NCBI GenBank assembly: GCA_013239625.1
Contig: MU057353.1
Coordinates: 5,637,967 to 5,701,966 of the forward strand
From: Lama guanicoe
Taxonomy: Eukaryota
Direction of reading: 5' to 3'
DNA length: 64,000 nucleotides
The notes under the pieces are model-generated. The model did no database searches and was not told the origin of the DNA. It was given only the letters and a program-made list of their open reading frames with translations. The stretch's first letter is position 1. Each line of letters starts with the position of its first letter. Shown here piece by piece: positions 37,060-48,094 of the stretch. The translations under genes and the position numbers were made by a program.

Positions 37060-38915
37060 GGTTAATGAATACTACCACCAAAATTCATCAGAAGGGAGGA
37101 AAAACCCAGGATCTACAAAACAAACAATTAGCCAAGTGGCAATTTTAAGTCTTACTTATCAATAATTACTTTAAATGTAAATGGATTAAATTCTCTAATT
37201 AAAAGATACACAGTAAAAACAATATGATACTGGCATAACAGATACACAGACCAATGAAAAAGAAGAGAGCACAGAAATAAATCTGCACATGTACAGGCAA
37301 CTAATATTTGACAAGGGAGCCAATAATATTCAATGGAGAAAAGGTAGTCTCTTCACTACATAGTGCTGGGAAAACTGGATATCGACATGCAAAAGAATGA
37401 AACTGGACCTCTGTTTTATACTGCTCACTAAAAGTAACTAAAATGAATCAAAGATTTAAATGTAAGACCTGAAACTGTAAAACACCAAGATGAAAACAGG
37501 AAAAAAGCTCCATGACAAAGGTCTCCAAAATGATTTTTTGATATGGCACCAAAGCACCAGCAAATAAAGCAAAAATAAATGAGACTACAAACTGAAAAGC
37601 TTCTGCAGAGGGGAAAAAAAAAATGAAAAGAACCTACAGAATGGGAGGAAATATTTACAAATCTTATCTGATAAGCAGTTAATAGATGAGGAACTCATAC
37701 AACTCAACAGAAAAAAAATAATCAGATTAAAAAATAGGCAAAGGACCTGTATAGATATTTTTCTAAAGATACACAAATGGAGAGCAGGTATATAAAAAGC
37801 TACTCAACATCTAATAACTAGGGAATTACAATTCAAAAAACCACAATGAGATATCACCTCACATTCGGCTATTGACAAAGAGACAAGAGATAAGTGCTGG
37901 CAAGGACATGAAATAAAGGGAACACTTGTGCACTGCTGGTGGGAGTGTAAGTTGGTACAGCCACTATGGAAAACCACATGGAAGCTCTTCAAAAAATTAA
38001 AAATAAAATTACGGTATGATACAGCAATTCTACTTCTTGGTATATATCTGAAGGAAATGAAATCATCTCAGAGAGACATCTGCACCCTGATGTTCACTGC
38101 AGCATTATTTACAATAACCAGGATCGGAACCTAAGTTGTTTCCAATGGATAGATGGATGGATGGATGAACAAATGTATATACAGACACATATACACGTAT
38201 AAATGCATATATATACATATATACACATAGAGTTGACCCTTGGGCAACAGGGGGTTTAATCTGTGTATAATTTACAGTCTGTCCTCCGTATCCATGTATT
38301 CAACCAACCACAAACTGTGTAGTACTATAGCATTTACTATTGAAAAATATCCATGTGTCAATGGATCTGAGCAGTTCAAACCCACACTGTTCAAAGGTCA
38401 ACTGTCCAAAGGAATATTATTCACCCATAAAAAGAAAGAAATCCTGCCATTAGCCACGTGGATGAAACTTGGGGGCATTATGGTAAGTGACATAAGTCAG
38501 ACATTACAAGAAAAATAATGTATGATCTCACTTTTAAGTGGAATCTAGAACAGACGAGGCCATAGAAACAGAGTAGATTGGTGGTTGTCAGCAACAGAAA
38601 TGGGTGAAAGTAGCCAAAGGGTACAGACTTCCAGTTATAAAATGGGTAACTTCTGTGAATCTACTGCACAACATGGCAAGTACAGTTAACAATGCTGTAC
38701 TGTATACTTGAAAGTCGCTAAGGGAAATAGGTAAAAGTTCTCACTGCAAAAAAAGAGAAGGTAACCATGTAAGGTAATGAATGTGTTAACTAACCTTATT
38801 GTGGTCATCATTTCACAATATATATGCTTATCAAATTATGTTGTACACCTTAAATGTACACCTTAAAAACTTACACAATGTTACATGTCAATTATCTCAA
38901 TAAAGCTGAAAAAAA
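37060..38915 (+). mobile_element. L1MA-like element with a large internal ORF2 deletion and an inserted Tigger2 MITE
   Basis: The ORF2 start motif (tatcaataattactttaaatgtaaatggattaaattctctaattaaaaga, SIITLNVNGLNS) joins late ORF2 at ~37212 (aaaacaatatgatactggcataa). Full 3' end ...caattatctcaataaagctgaaaaaaa. Confidence 0.85.
38230..38404 (+). mobile_element. Tigger2a/MER28-like MITE nested in the L1 3' region
   Basis: TIRs agttgacccttgggcaaca / tgttcaaaggtcaactg, inserted in a TA-rich tract. Confidence 0.8.
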
Positions 38916-39280
38916 TTATACTTCAAAGCAGGTGTTTATTTTCCTCCTGAGGAAATAATCCTAAAACTTCTTTAGGAATGAGTTTCCTCTGTCTGCACCC
39001 TAGGAAAGACTATGAGCTATACGGGAAAGACAAAATGGTACCAACACATTGCAAGCTCCTGCCTGGTCCTAGGCTCTCCAGGAGTTCTTGACCTAGACAA
39101 AGGATTTATTGTTTGGCTGCCAGTGGTGTCAGAAAAACTTTATGCCCAGTGAAAATTAACCCTAACCCATTTCATTCTTGCTCTAAACTCAATGTTGAGT
39201 TAGTTGATAGCCAGAGGTTGAAAAACATGCAGATCATTCTAGTACAACCCATTTTACTTCATAGTGAAAATCGAGCCCAG
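38813..39280 (+). repeat. Local duplication, copy A (L1 tail plus ~365 bp of flank); copy A' at 46915-47363
   Basis: Long identical blocks, e.g. ATTATACTTCAAAGCAGGTGTTTATTTTCCTCCTGAGGAA and TAATCCTAAAACTTCTTTAGGAATGAGTTTCCTCTGTCTGCACCCTAGGAAAGACTATGAGCT; about 90% identity by eye. Confidence 0.95.
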
Positions 39281-41679
39281 AGAAGTTTCTTATGCAAGAA
39301 GAGTAAATTAGTAATTGACCTTTAGAATATATATCTGCTTCAGTTCTAATGGAGAACATTTCCCCCACCCCTCACCATGTAATGTTTTCTGTATTTCTCA
39401 CTAATTTTAATCATGCACCAACATGTACTCACCATAAGGGCACACATCTGGTTTTAATAGTTTTACATAACATTATAGCATGGTGTCAATCACAAAGCCC
39501 ATGTTTGCCAAAATGTTATCTAAGGAGTTACCCCCAGAGAGGGGGTAAGTAAAAGAAGTGACAAAGAGAAAGTATGAGCCTTGATTCCCCATTGGAGATC
39601 AGGTCAGAAAGGAAGAGCTAGTGAAGTGGCCAAAGACTGTAACATGCTCTTCAAGGAATCCAAGTTACTGGAATAACTCCTAGTTTATACAGCCTTGGAG
39701 AGCAGAGACCCTATCTTTTCCACAGCATGATCACTTCACTCGTAATTCCAAGCCTCCCAGGGCTAGATCACAGCCAATTATGTTCTGATGGCAAATTTCT
39801 TTCCATAGGCAAATATTTGACCTGTTTAATGACTACCCTAACAGAACTAAGTTGCAAAGATTTTTCCAATGTAAGCAACTCAGGAACTTTCCACCACACT
39901 GCCAACGCCATGAGTGAGCAGATGTGTAGTAAGCATTTCTTGATGCAGATGAGAAAACCTCTTGGAATGTTGTGTGCTCAAGTAGACATTACATGAATGG
40001 GCCTTAGGTGAACAATGATCAAGATACCTGTGGCCAGAAAAATAACTGACATGGCAGATTCTTCACCCAAAACTCTAAAGGGTCACACCAGACAGATTCC
40101 TTCCAGAAGAAATTTGGCTTTGGCCTCCATGACTGTGTAGCACACTCTGGATTAAGTAATGAAACTGGGATTGTCACTGCTGATACTAAACCGATGAGGA
40201 CTCATTTGTGAATGCAGTATTTCAAGATAGAGTAATTAGGCTCTAATTAAAGAAGACGTTTAAGGTTACTGTTTTTAGGTTCTAGTCATCTGCCTCCATG
40301 TGGGAAATAGATGATTTGTTTCCAAAATAAACCCAAGTTGAGAAACATACATTGTTGATCTTCCTCAAAATTACAGGAGGGAATGTAGAATATCCTTATC
40401 TCTTCTACTCCTCATCCTCTAGTGCTGGTAGCAAACTTTTAGAGTAAGCAGATCTCCTGATGCTAATAAACTTAAGTTAGAGGCAAAGCCCATAAACTAC
40501 TGTGTTTATGAATCTAATGTAAACTACATGAAACTCAAGTATAGCTTCCTCAATGAGCTATCCAATGTAAGAAATAAACATTTTTTTGCACTATTTTCAT
40601 TTTAAATCTTTTGGAGTCAACCATTTCATTAATCCAAAAAACAGACCAACTTAATAGACATGGCATCAATTATTTAGATGGAGGCTTATATTGTTACATA
40701 AACTAATTACATTTCCAGTGACATGCAATCTGATAGAACGGTGAAACACTGCTTGCAGCAAACATATTCCACAGGGATTCGGCTCAATTGTCTATCATTT
40801 GACACTTTGGAAATGAATTCCTTGTTAAGTTGAAAGTGATAAATTTGGTTTATAATAATTATATGCAGACCATATAATTAAAATGTAGTAACTTTTCAAC
40901 TCTTAAAAATGGGTTCTATTTGAGATTTCACATTGTAGCAACTTGGAGATTGCATAAAATATAAACTTATTTTTAATAATTTTCTAAAAATTCTAATTAA
41001 TGGGAGACATGGTTCTGAAGCTAAAAAACATCAATAATGCAATGGAAATCTCCAATGACTGAATAGGACATACAGAACAGAGAGATAAAAGACTTTTTAA
41101 ATAATATGGAAATACCTCATTCTGACCCCAATTACCTATATGTTACATAGAGGGGGAGTACTGTATAAAAAGTATCATTTTTTAAAAGCAGCTAATCCAA
41201 AAATAATTTACACTTAGATTCTGGGAATTTGCAACTTTTCAAGTAAAAGAGTGAACTATAACTTAAAAAAAACCTTTAGTGGAAAATGTCAATTTAATTC
41301 AATTTAACAGTTATTGAATGCCTACCAGGAGCTAAGATGCCTCCAGAGGTATAAAGAACAGTAAGATTATGATTTTTGCCCCTGAAAATGTCAATTGGGA
41401 AGGGAAGTCAGATGGGTAAACAAGTCTTTTTAGAAAACGTGATCACTGCTATACTCCTCTGAGGCTCACAGTACAAGGAGGGCACAGATGAAGAATGAAT
41501 TAATTCAACGTGGTTTGAAGGAGCCAAGGAAAGCTACAGAGAGCGAAGACCTGAGGTCAGACTTTAGAAAGGAGCTCACTAGGTGGGGAAGCTCGGAGAA
41601 GACACTCTAGAAGTTGGACATTGTGATTGAAGACATAGGAGGACTTGGGGTGCTTGCAGAATTGTGTGGCAGGACCTTA

Positions 41680-41895
41680 GGACATTTATTCTCAAACGAG
41701 AGTATGAGAATCAGTCCCATCAGAATCCTCTGTGGAGTTAAATGAAAACAGAAGACGCAAAGTCCCATTCTAAAGTTTCTGTTTCCGGGAGACTGCGGCA
41801 ATATGGCTCAAGCAACTCTATAAAAATCTTCTTAGCCGATTTTAACGCCCAGTATTTTTGATTCAGTAGATCTACGTTGGTCTCTAGACCATACT
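41680..41895. mobile_element. MER5-like MITE fragments
   Basis: ttctcaaacg...catcagaatcctctgtggagtt...tgattcagtagatctacgttgg. Confidence 0.45.
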
Positions 41896-42046
41896 GCAGA
41901 CACCGGCTTAAGAGTATTGGGGATGGAGACATGGAGTGACTTGAATTGAGGCTGAAAATTTAGATCAAGGGGAACATGTGGGAGATTCCTTATTTCACAG
42001 GATTTTGGTCTTTATTTTGTAGACAGTGGGAAGTTACCAATGAGGC

Positions 42047-43095
42047 AGTGGCTTCAAAAGCCAGCCAGTTATTCCACTCACAGATCTGCAGAATGGCTCA
42101 GCTGGACGTTTCCCCTCATCCTGGCCAGGCTCCCTCTTGCCTCGGTGCACAGATGTGGGTCAGGTAAGCAGCTGTGCTGACCTGTGCTGGCTTTCCAGTC
42201 TCTGGGGCTTCAACTGGAACAAAGGGACCGACTCAGCCCTGCCCCATGGGGTCTCTCCTCTTCTGGGAGGCTAGCCCAGGCTCATTCATGTCACAGGGAC
42301 TGGACTCCCAAACCAAGAGTGGAAGTGTTGAAGGACTCTTGAAACCTAGGTTTGTAACGGACGCAGCGTTCAATCTGCCACATTTTACTGGTCAAAATAA
42401 GCCGCAAATCCACCCCGGACTGAAGGGCTGGAGAGGTAGGTGACCTTTCACTGAGAGTGAAGGGGGGCAGAATTTGTCATTACAAAACGACCTTCTTCAG
42501 CATAAGGATTATATTGAACAGATTATTTTTAAGAAAGAGCTGACAACAGAAAAGCTCTGAACAGTGGAAGTTACCCTTTTGTAAGAGACATTGATATGTA
42601 CAAGGGAAATCTCCATTTGTAAGGAAGGGCAGCTCCCTTTCTGTCCCAGGAAGAGAAGGAGAACTAAAGCTCTAGAAACTCTTATCAATGGAGGAGGCAA
42701 AAAGTTAGACTCAGATCTGTGTTACAGCCATACCATCATCTACTGTGCTTTTCCTGGTCACCTCCCATAACTGGCTCCCTCACTCGACATCTTTTGTATT
42801 TAGCTGGAGATGGTGTTTAAGATGCTGCCATGGGAGCTATTCAGTTTCACTCAGTTTCAAAGAATTACTTAGTTATCCTGGGTCTCTCCCACGTATACCG
42901 GAGGGAGACACATTTTTAACTTGTTTTTCTCCTGTTGGTCTCTGATTACAGGGGCATCTCAGTCAAGAACTCCAAGGGTAAAAGGAAAATTATTTTTCCT
43001 CCCCAATAGTTGGAACTACAAAGTCTTATTGTCAAGGGGCCTGAGGTGGGGGGGGAGTCGCAGACCAGAGCCATCTTTGCCCATCAATTTACCAC
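42047..43095 (-). mobile_element. Old MaLR LTR (MLT1H/I-like) split by a MER34-like LTR
   Basis: cagtggcttcaaaa...ggctagcccaggctcattcatg...ctgccacattttactggtcaaa; resumes after 43008 with gaactacaaagtc...tttaccac. Confidence 0.6.
42458..43008 (+). mobile_element. ERV1 solo LTR, MER34-like
   Basis: TGAAGGGGGGCAGAATTTGTCA...gcataaggattatattga...ttgtttttctcctgtt...aaaattatttttcctccccaata. Confidence 0.75.
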
Positions 43096-43983
43096 CCAAG
43101 TCACCACTGTTCCTTGGTCCTTCTGTTTTCTCTTTGTTCTCAGAGGTCAAGCACCCAGCAGGGCCTCTCCTACAAGTTCGGAATTCAGTATAGGGCGACA
43201 ACATGTTTCTCTCCTTTATAAACGGGATAGAGATGTTAGCACAACAATGTCTCAGAAAGATTCCACTGACAGTGCAGTTGAAAATTAATTAGAAGTAGTG
43301 GAGACTAGAGACAGAAAATTATTTAATATTTTAGCAATAATCCAGGAGAAAGGTGAGAACAATGCAGAGACTGAAGCAATAGCAATGGCAGAAGAGAATG
43401 GTGTGGAGAAGTATTTTGCAGGCATATCCAACTGGTCAGCAGAGTAGTGTGCTTGAGAATATGAACTCTACAGGCACATCGAGGTTCACATGCTAACCAT
43501 GACACCTTGATCAAATCAAGGATCTAACCTCCAATTTCTTCATCTGCAAGATGAAAATAATAGTGCCTTATTATCTTGATTACTGATTTACAAGTGATCT
43601 ATACCGAATCTTGATAATTACCATGATTGAATTAGATCATGGATATGGACATAGCATTTGGCACAAGGTTTGAAGGTTAGAGTTGGGAAGTGACCAAGGA
43701 AGGGATCAAGGATGAGTTAGACCTTAGTTGTATACCTGGTTACAGGGCAGAGCCACTTCTGGATATCAGGGAAACAGGAAAAGCAGAGATTGTGAAGAGG
43801 AACACATCAGTAGTATGGACCTGGGAGATAACCAAGAGGAAGAGGAAATGTTACAGCTCCACAGACACTAGCGGCAACACACAGCCATCCTGATAGGTAA
43901 TAGGTCTGGCTATAAAAGTACAGACTATAGCCTACGGAAAGCACATAGAGCAGTATTTCTTTCTCTTAAACCTATGAGCCTTT

Positions 43984-44516
43984 TGAAGTGGAAGGAAAGG
44001 GATCAGGGAACAACCACTGAAGGAATGACACAGCAATTGAAGACAAGACAAAAGGGTTAGAACCAAGATGGCAGAAGATTTGACTTCCAGTAGACCTTGA
44101 GCCTCTTGTCACACCCACAGTCACCATGACAGTTCCTAGGCTGACCTTAAAAGATCAAAAAGTGGGTGGGGGGCATTTCCTGAAATCCTCGCCCCTTCCC
44201 CCATAGTAGTTGGAATAATCCTCCTACTTACTAGCATATGAAATTACTGAGCCCATAAAACCTAACAACTCTGCACCTCATGGTTGCGCTCTCTTTCTCT
44301 CGCCTTCGGAGACAGGCCGTGCTCTGTCTATGGACTGTCTATCTACTTCTACTTTAAAGTAAACACCCCACACCTCTCCATCTCTCTCCCTGTCACCTCT
44401 GAGATGGCCCATATTTTGTCTATGGAGTGTGTATCTCTCTAAACTTGCCTTCACTTTACCACGCCTTGCTCTTGAGTTCTTTCCTGCAGGAGGCAAGAAC
44501 CTATCCTCCCACAACG
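43984..44516 (+). mobile_element. ERV1 solo LTR, MER41-like
   Basis: TG start; 4-bp TSD CTTT (43980-43983 / 44517-44520); motifs caagatggc, ccatgacagtt, gccccttccc, ataatcc, ctatggagt, aaacttgccttcacttta, ttctttcctgc...caagaacc; internal ~95-bp duplication. Confidence 0.7.
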
Positions 44517-46754
44517 CTTTCTAGTAGCCCTAGGCATCTACTGCTTCTCAGTTACTGCCCCCTGCACCTGCTGCTCCTTCTCACCAATATAGGCGTATAC
44601 TCTGCCTTCCTAGGGCGCTTTATTTTCTATTTATCTGCATCACAAAAGAAAATAAAAAATAAAAACTGGACAACGGGCTCACTAGGGAGGTGGGGGAGGT
44701 GGAGTGGGAAGGGCCCCTGTACTTTGCGTTGTGCTTGGATTTGAATGTCCTAGAGAAACTGTTTTTGAATGTATATCTGCATGAAGGAACCTCCACCAAA
44801 GAGTCTGATAGTTTATGACTAATGGGAAAATTTATACGAAATGTGTGGAGATACTTTAAATGCCAAAAGGCACGTGAGTTCATATCCAAAGGGGAAAAGC
44901 TACTACAAATAAGACTGGCAAGATCCTTTAGATCTGAAATTAAAAAATATGTATAATTGCTTATTATAAATACATTGTACAGGTTTTGTGGTCCCATGTC
45001 TTGAGGTTCAAGGTTTCACCCTGTTTCCTGTTTCTAAAGAATTTTTGCAGTAAAAACAAACAGAAGTTTACACCTGATGTAGACCTTTGCTCCAAACCTG
45101 GTTAGTCTCCAATAGCGCTCTTTGCTCAGTGCACTTCCCTGATCACTGGATGGTAAATGTTCTGTGTTCCCTTTTCCTTCCTTCACTTAGCTTGCAGAAA
45201 AGCGTGGGCCACATAGGGCTTTGAATTCCCAGAGTATTTCTGTCAACAAGATGACTTCATCAACGTTTCTCATCATATATCATTGTGACCTACATTTTCT
45301 TTTGATTTTAGCCAAGGCTGAATCCTCATGTTTTTTAAAGATGAATACTTTCTATTTCCCACTAGAACATTTTAAGATATGAATTTATAGGATTTCTTCC
45401 TATTTTCCCCCTCTCACTAACCTCCATTCAAAGAGATAATACACTCTATGTCTCATGTTCTTATGATAAATAGACATGCCTCTGCTGAGAGCAGGCACAG
45501 ACTGCAGGGCAGGAAATAAACAGCAATTGTGCAGAAGCAGCTGGGACAGAGGGCTTTCCCCTAGACTAAAGAGACTGAGTCCCTCCAGGGATGGAGGATG
45601 GAGAAAAATCAATGGGTCAGTTACAGCAGAATTGTGCTTTCTACTCTTGTGGCACCTGAGGGATGCATCAGGAGCTCCCTGCTCACAGGGCACAGGAAGC
45701 GGGACCCGAGGCCCGGGGTTCCAGACACATGGCAGCAAGACAGCGGGGAGCCCTTTAGCCTCAGGGACCTTCCATGGCCTTGAAAGAAGGCCTGTTAGCA
45801 CTAGCCATGTCAGGACAGAGATTAGAGCCCCTTCATCCTTTTCCTTCATCACCATGTACATCTCTGGGACTCTGGCAGGCTTGAAGCTGGGACCTCCCGA
45901 ATGCCAGTGATAGAATATCCCACCAGGTTAGTGGGATGAGTGTTCAGAATCAAAAGAAAGTGAATCAACTTCTTTATCCAATCATCTGTCAGCAGACATT
46001 TAGCTTGCTTTCACATTTTGGCTATNNNNNNNNNNNNNNNNNNNNNNNNNNNNNNNNNNNNNNNNNNNNNNNNNNNNNNNNNNNNNNNNNNNNNNNNNNN
46101 NNNNNNNNNNNNNNNNNNNNNNNNNNNNNNNNNNNNNNNNNNNNNNNNNNNNNNNNNTTTTCTAATTAGTTNNNNNNNNNNNNNNNNNNNNNNNNNNNNN
46201 NNNNNNNNNNNNNNNNNNNNNNNNNNNNNNNNNNNNNNNNNNNNNNNNNNNNNNNNNNNNNNNNNNNNNNNNNNNNNNNNNNNNNNNNNNNNNNNNNNNN
46301 NNNNNNNNNNNNNNNNNNNNNNNNNNNNCCTCTTCATCATTTATTGTTTGTGGACTTTTTGAATGATGCTGGCCCAGACATTTTGATACCATCATGTCCC
46401 AAATCCTTAGCATTTAGAAGACCGAAGAACAGAACTTAGGGTAACAGCAAAATCCAAGGTCACAAGCAAAGGGCATGTAGTTTGAAAAACAGGAAGATGG
46501 GTTAAAGAGAGAAATTCAGTCAGAGATTCAGTGATCTGTGACTGCTTCTGCTTAAATTTCTCTGATGGCTGGAGACTTACTGAAGTCCTGCCAACTGCAA
46601 GGTGTCTGTGTGGGGAGGAAAGGAGGGGGGACTCACATACACACAGTTTTAATGGCTTTTGTGGGAACCAAAGGGGTCTGGCAGGTTCTCATGATTCTAA
46701 AATAGAGGACACAGGGTTAGTTGAGGCAAAGAGCTATCACATCAAGCAGTTAGG

Positions 46755-46920
46755 CCCTAAAAGCCTGAAGGCGTGATACGGCCACCCAGGTTTTAAGCCT
46801 TGTCCTGGTTGGTCGTCATAAACGCCAAACAACAGCAATAATCAATACTGTGTTGTGTGAGTACCTCCTAGTGCCTGGAGGAATGTCTGGCCAAACTATT
46901 AATGCATGTAACCCTCACAA
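46755..46920 (+). repeat. Local duplication, copy B' (paralog of 50451-50611)
   Basis: Exact 29-bp core GCCACCCAGGTTTTAAGCCTTGTCCTGGT at 46781-46809 and 50476-50504; alignable flanks (acaacagc.ataatcaatactgt...cctcacaa). Confidence 0.9.
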
Positions 46921-47363
46921 TCAAACTATCATGTTGTACACCTTAAAACTTACACAATGTTTATGTCAATAATATCTTAATAAAGCTGAAAAAAAATTAT
47001 ACTTCAAAGCAGGTGTTTATTTTCCTCCTGAGGAAGTAATCCTAAAACTTCTTTAGGAATGAGTTTCCTCTGTCTGCACCCTAGGAAAGACTATGAGCTT
47101 TATGGCGAAACAGACAAAATGGTACCAACACATTGCAACCTCCTGCCTGGTCCTAGGCTCTACCTAAGTTCTTGACCTAGAAAAGGGTTTATTGTTTGGC
47201 TGCCAGTGGTGTCAGAAGAACTTTATGCCCAGTGAAAATTAACCCTAACCCATTTTACTCTTGCTCTAAAATCAGTGTTAAGTTAGTTGATGGCCAGAGG
47301 CTGAAAAACATGCAGATCATTCTAGTACAACCCATTTTACTTCATAGTGAAAATCAAGCCCAG
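46915..47363 (+). repeat. Local duplication, copy A' (paralog of 38813-39280)
   Basis: See copy A. The ORF track shows the paralogy independently (MAASGVRKTLCPVKINPNPF vs MAASGVRRTLCPVKINPNPF). Confidence 0.95.
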
Positions 47364-47700
47364 GGCTTGACAGAGCATGGCACCCAGAGAGCGGTGCGCA
47401 CGTGGGCGGGGAGGCCCAGGGCTCCAGAGCCACAGCTGGCCCCCTGCCGGGCCTCTCTGCCAGAAAACCACGCGAGTCACCGATGTAGTATCTATGTTAT
47501 TTGCAGAAATGACCACCATCAGCCTAACGTGGTCCAAGAACCCGGATGCGTGCCCTCCGCCCTGCTGCCCTCAGAAGGACATACAGCCAACTCCAGGCAT
47601 CTGTTGCCCCAGAATGTGTCAAGGGCAGAATGTTGCCATTAGCAGGAGGAGGAAAACCAAATGGACTGAGTGAGAACAGTTGCCCCTCCCCCGTCAGAAC
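47364..47700. promoter_or_regulatory. GC/CpG-rich patch with overlapping MRE-like palindrome, E-box and GC box (putative)
   Basis: GTGCGCAC 47394-47401, CACGTG 47399-47404, GGGCGGGG 47404-47411. Motif evidence only. Confidence 0.25.
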
Positions 47701-48094
47701 GCATTTTAAAAATAGAATCTCACTATACATACTGTTTTGTCAACTTTTTTTCCCACTATGTACCATGAACACATGGCAATGTTGATATATATACTTCTGC
47801 CAAATCATTTTGGACAGCCGTGAAAAATTCCACTGACCAGAGGTACCACTATTTCATCCCTATTTTGGGAAAACTTTTGCTTCATTATGTGTCTTTTTTT
47901 TTTCCCTTAACAACTGCAACCTATTATGAAGAGCATTGTGCACACTAGATTCTTCACAATAAATACTCAAGCAAACTTTGGCGATCAGAGGGTGTGGGCA
48001 ATTGCAAGATGTAGTGCTAAATTGCTTTGCTGATGTAGAGGTCTGGCAAAGGAGTTACAGAGTGTCAACTTCTGGGATCTTCACCATCACTAGG

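Larger units (their letters stand above)
41295..43920 (-). mobile_element. LINE-2 remnant carrying nested MER5, MLT1, MER34-like LTR and MIR insertions
   Basis: attcaatttaacagttattgaatgcctaccagg at 41297; agacagtgggaagttacc at ~42021; gcaataatccaggagaaaggtgag at ~43334. Confidence 0.55.

Noticed and set aside
45400-45910. Overlapping 144-aa and 153-aa ORFs on opposite strands
   Set aside because: Expected in a locally GC-rich stretch; no domain similarity or splice structure recognised.
46915-47363. L1 3' transduction
   Set aside because: No poly(A) tail, poly(A) signal or TSD at the downstream end, and the 5' junction shows microhomology instead.
39113-47642. Apparent paralogous gene pair MAASGVR(K/R)TLCPVKINPNPF
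   Set aside because: Both start at TTG, run through MIR-derived sequence and diverge exactly at the duplication boundary. The similarity comes from the non-coding duplication.
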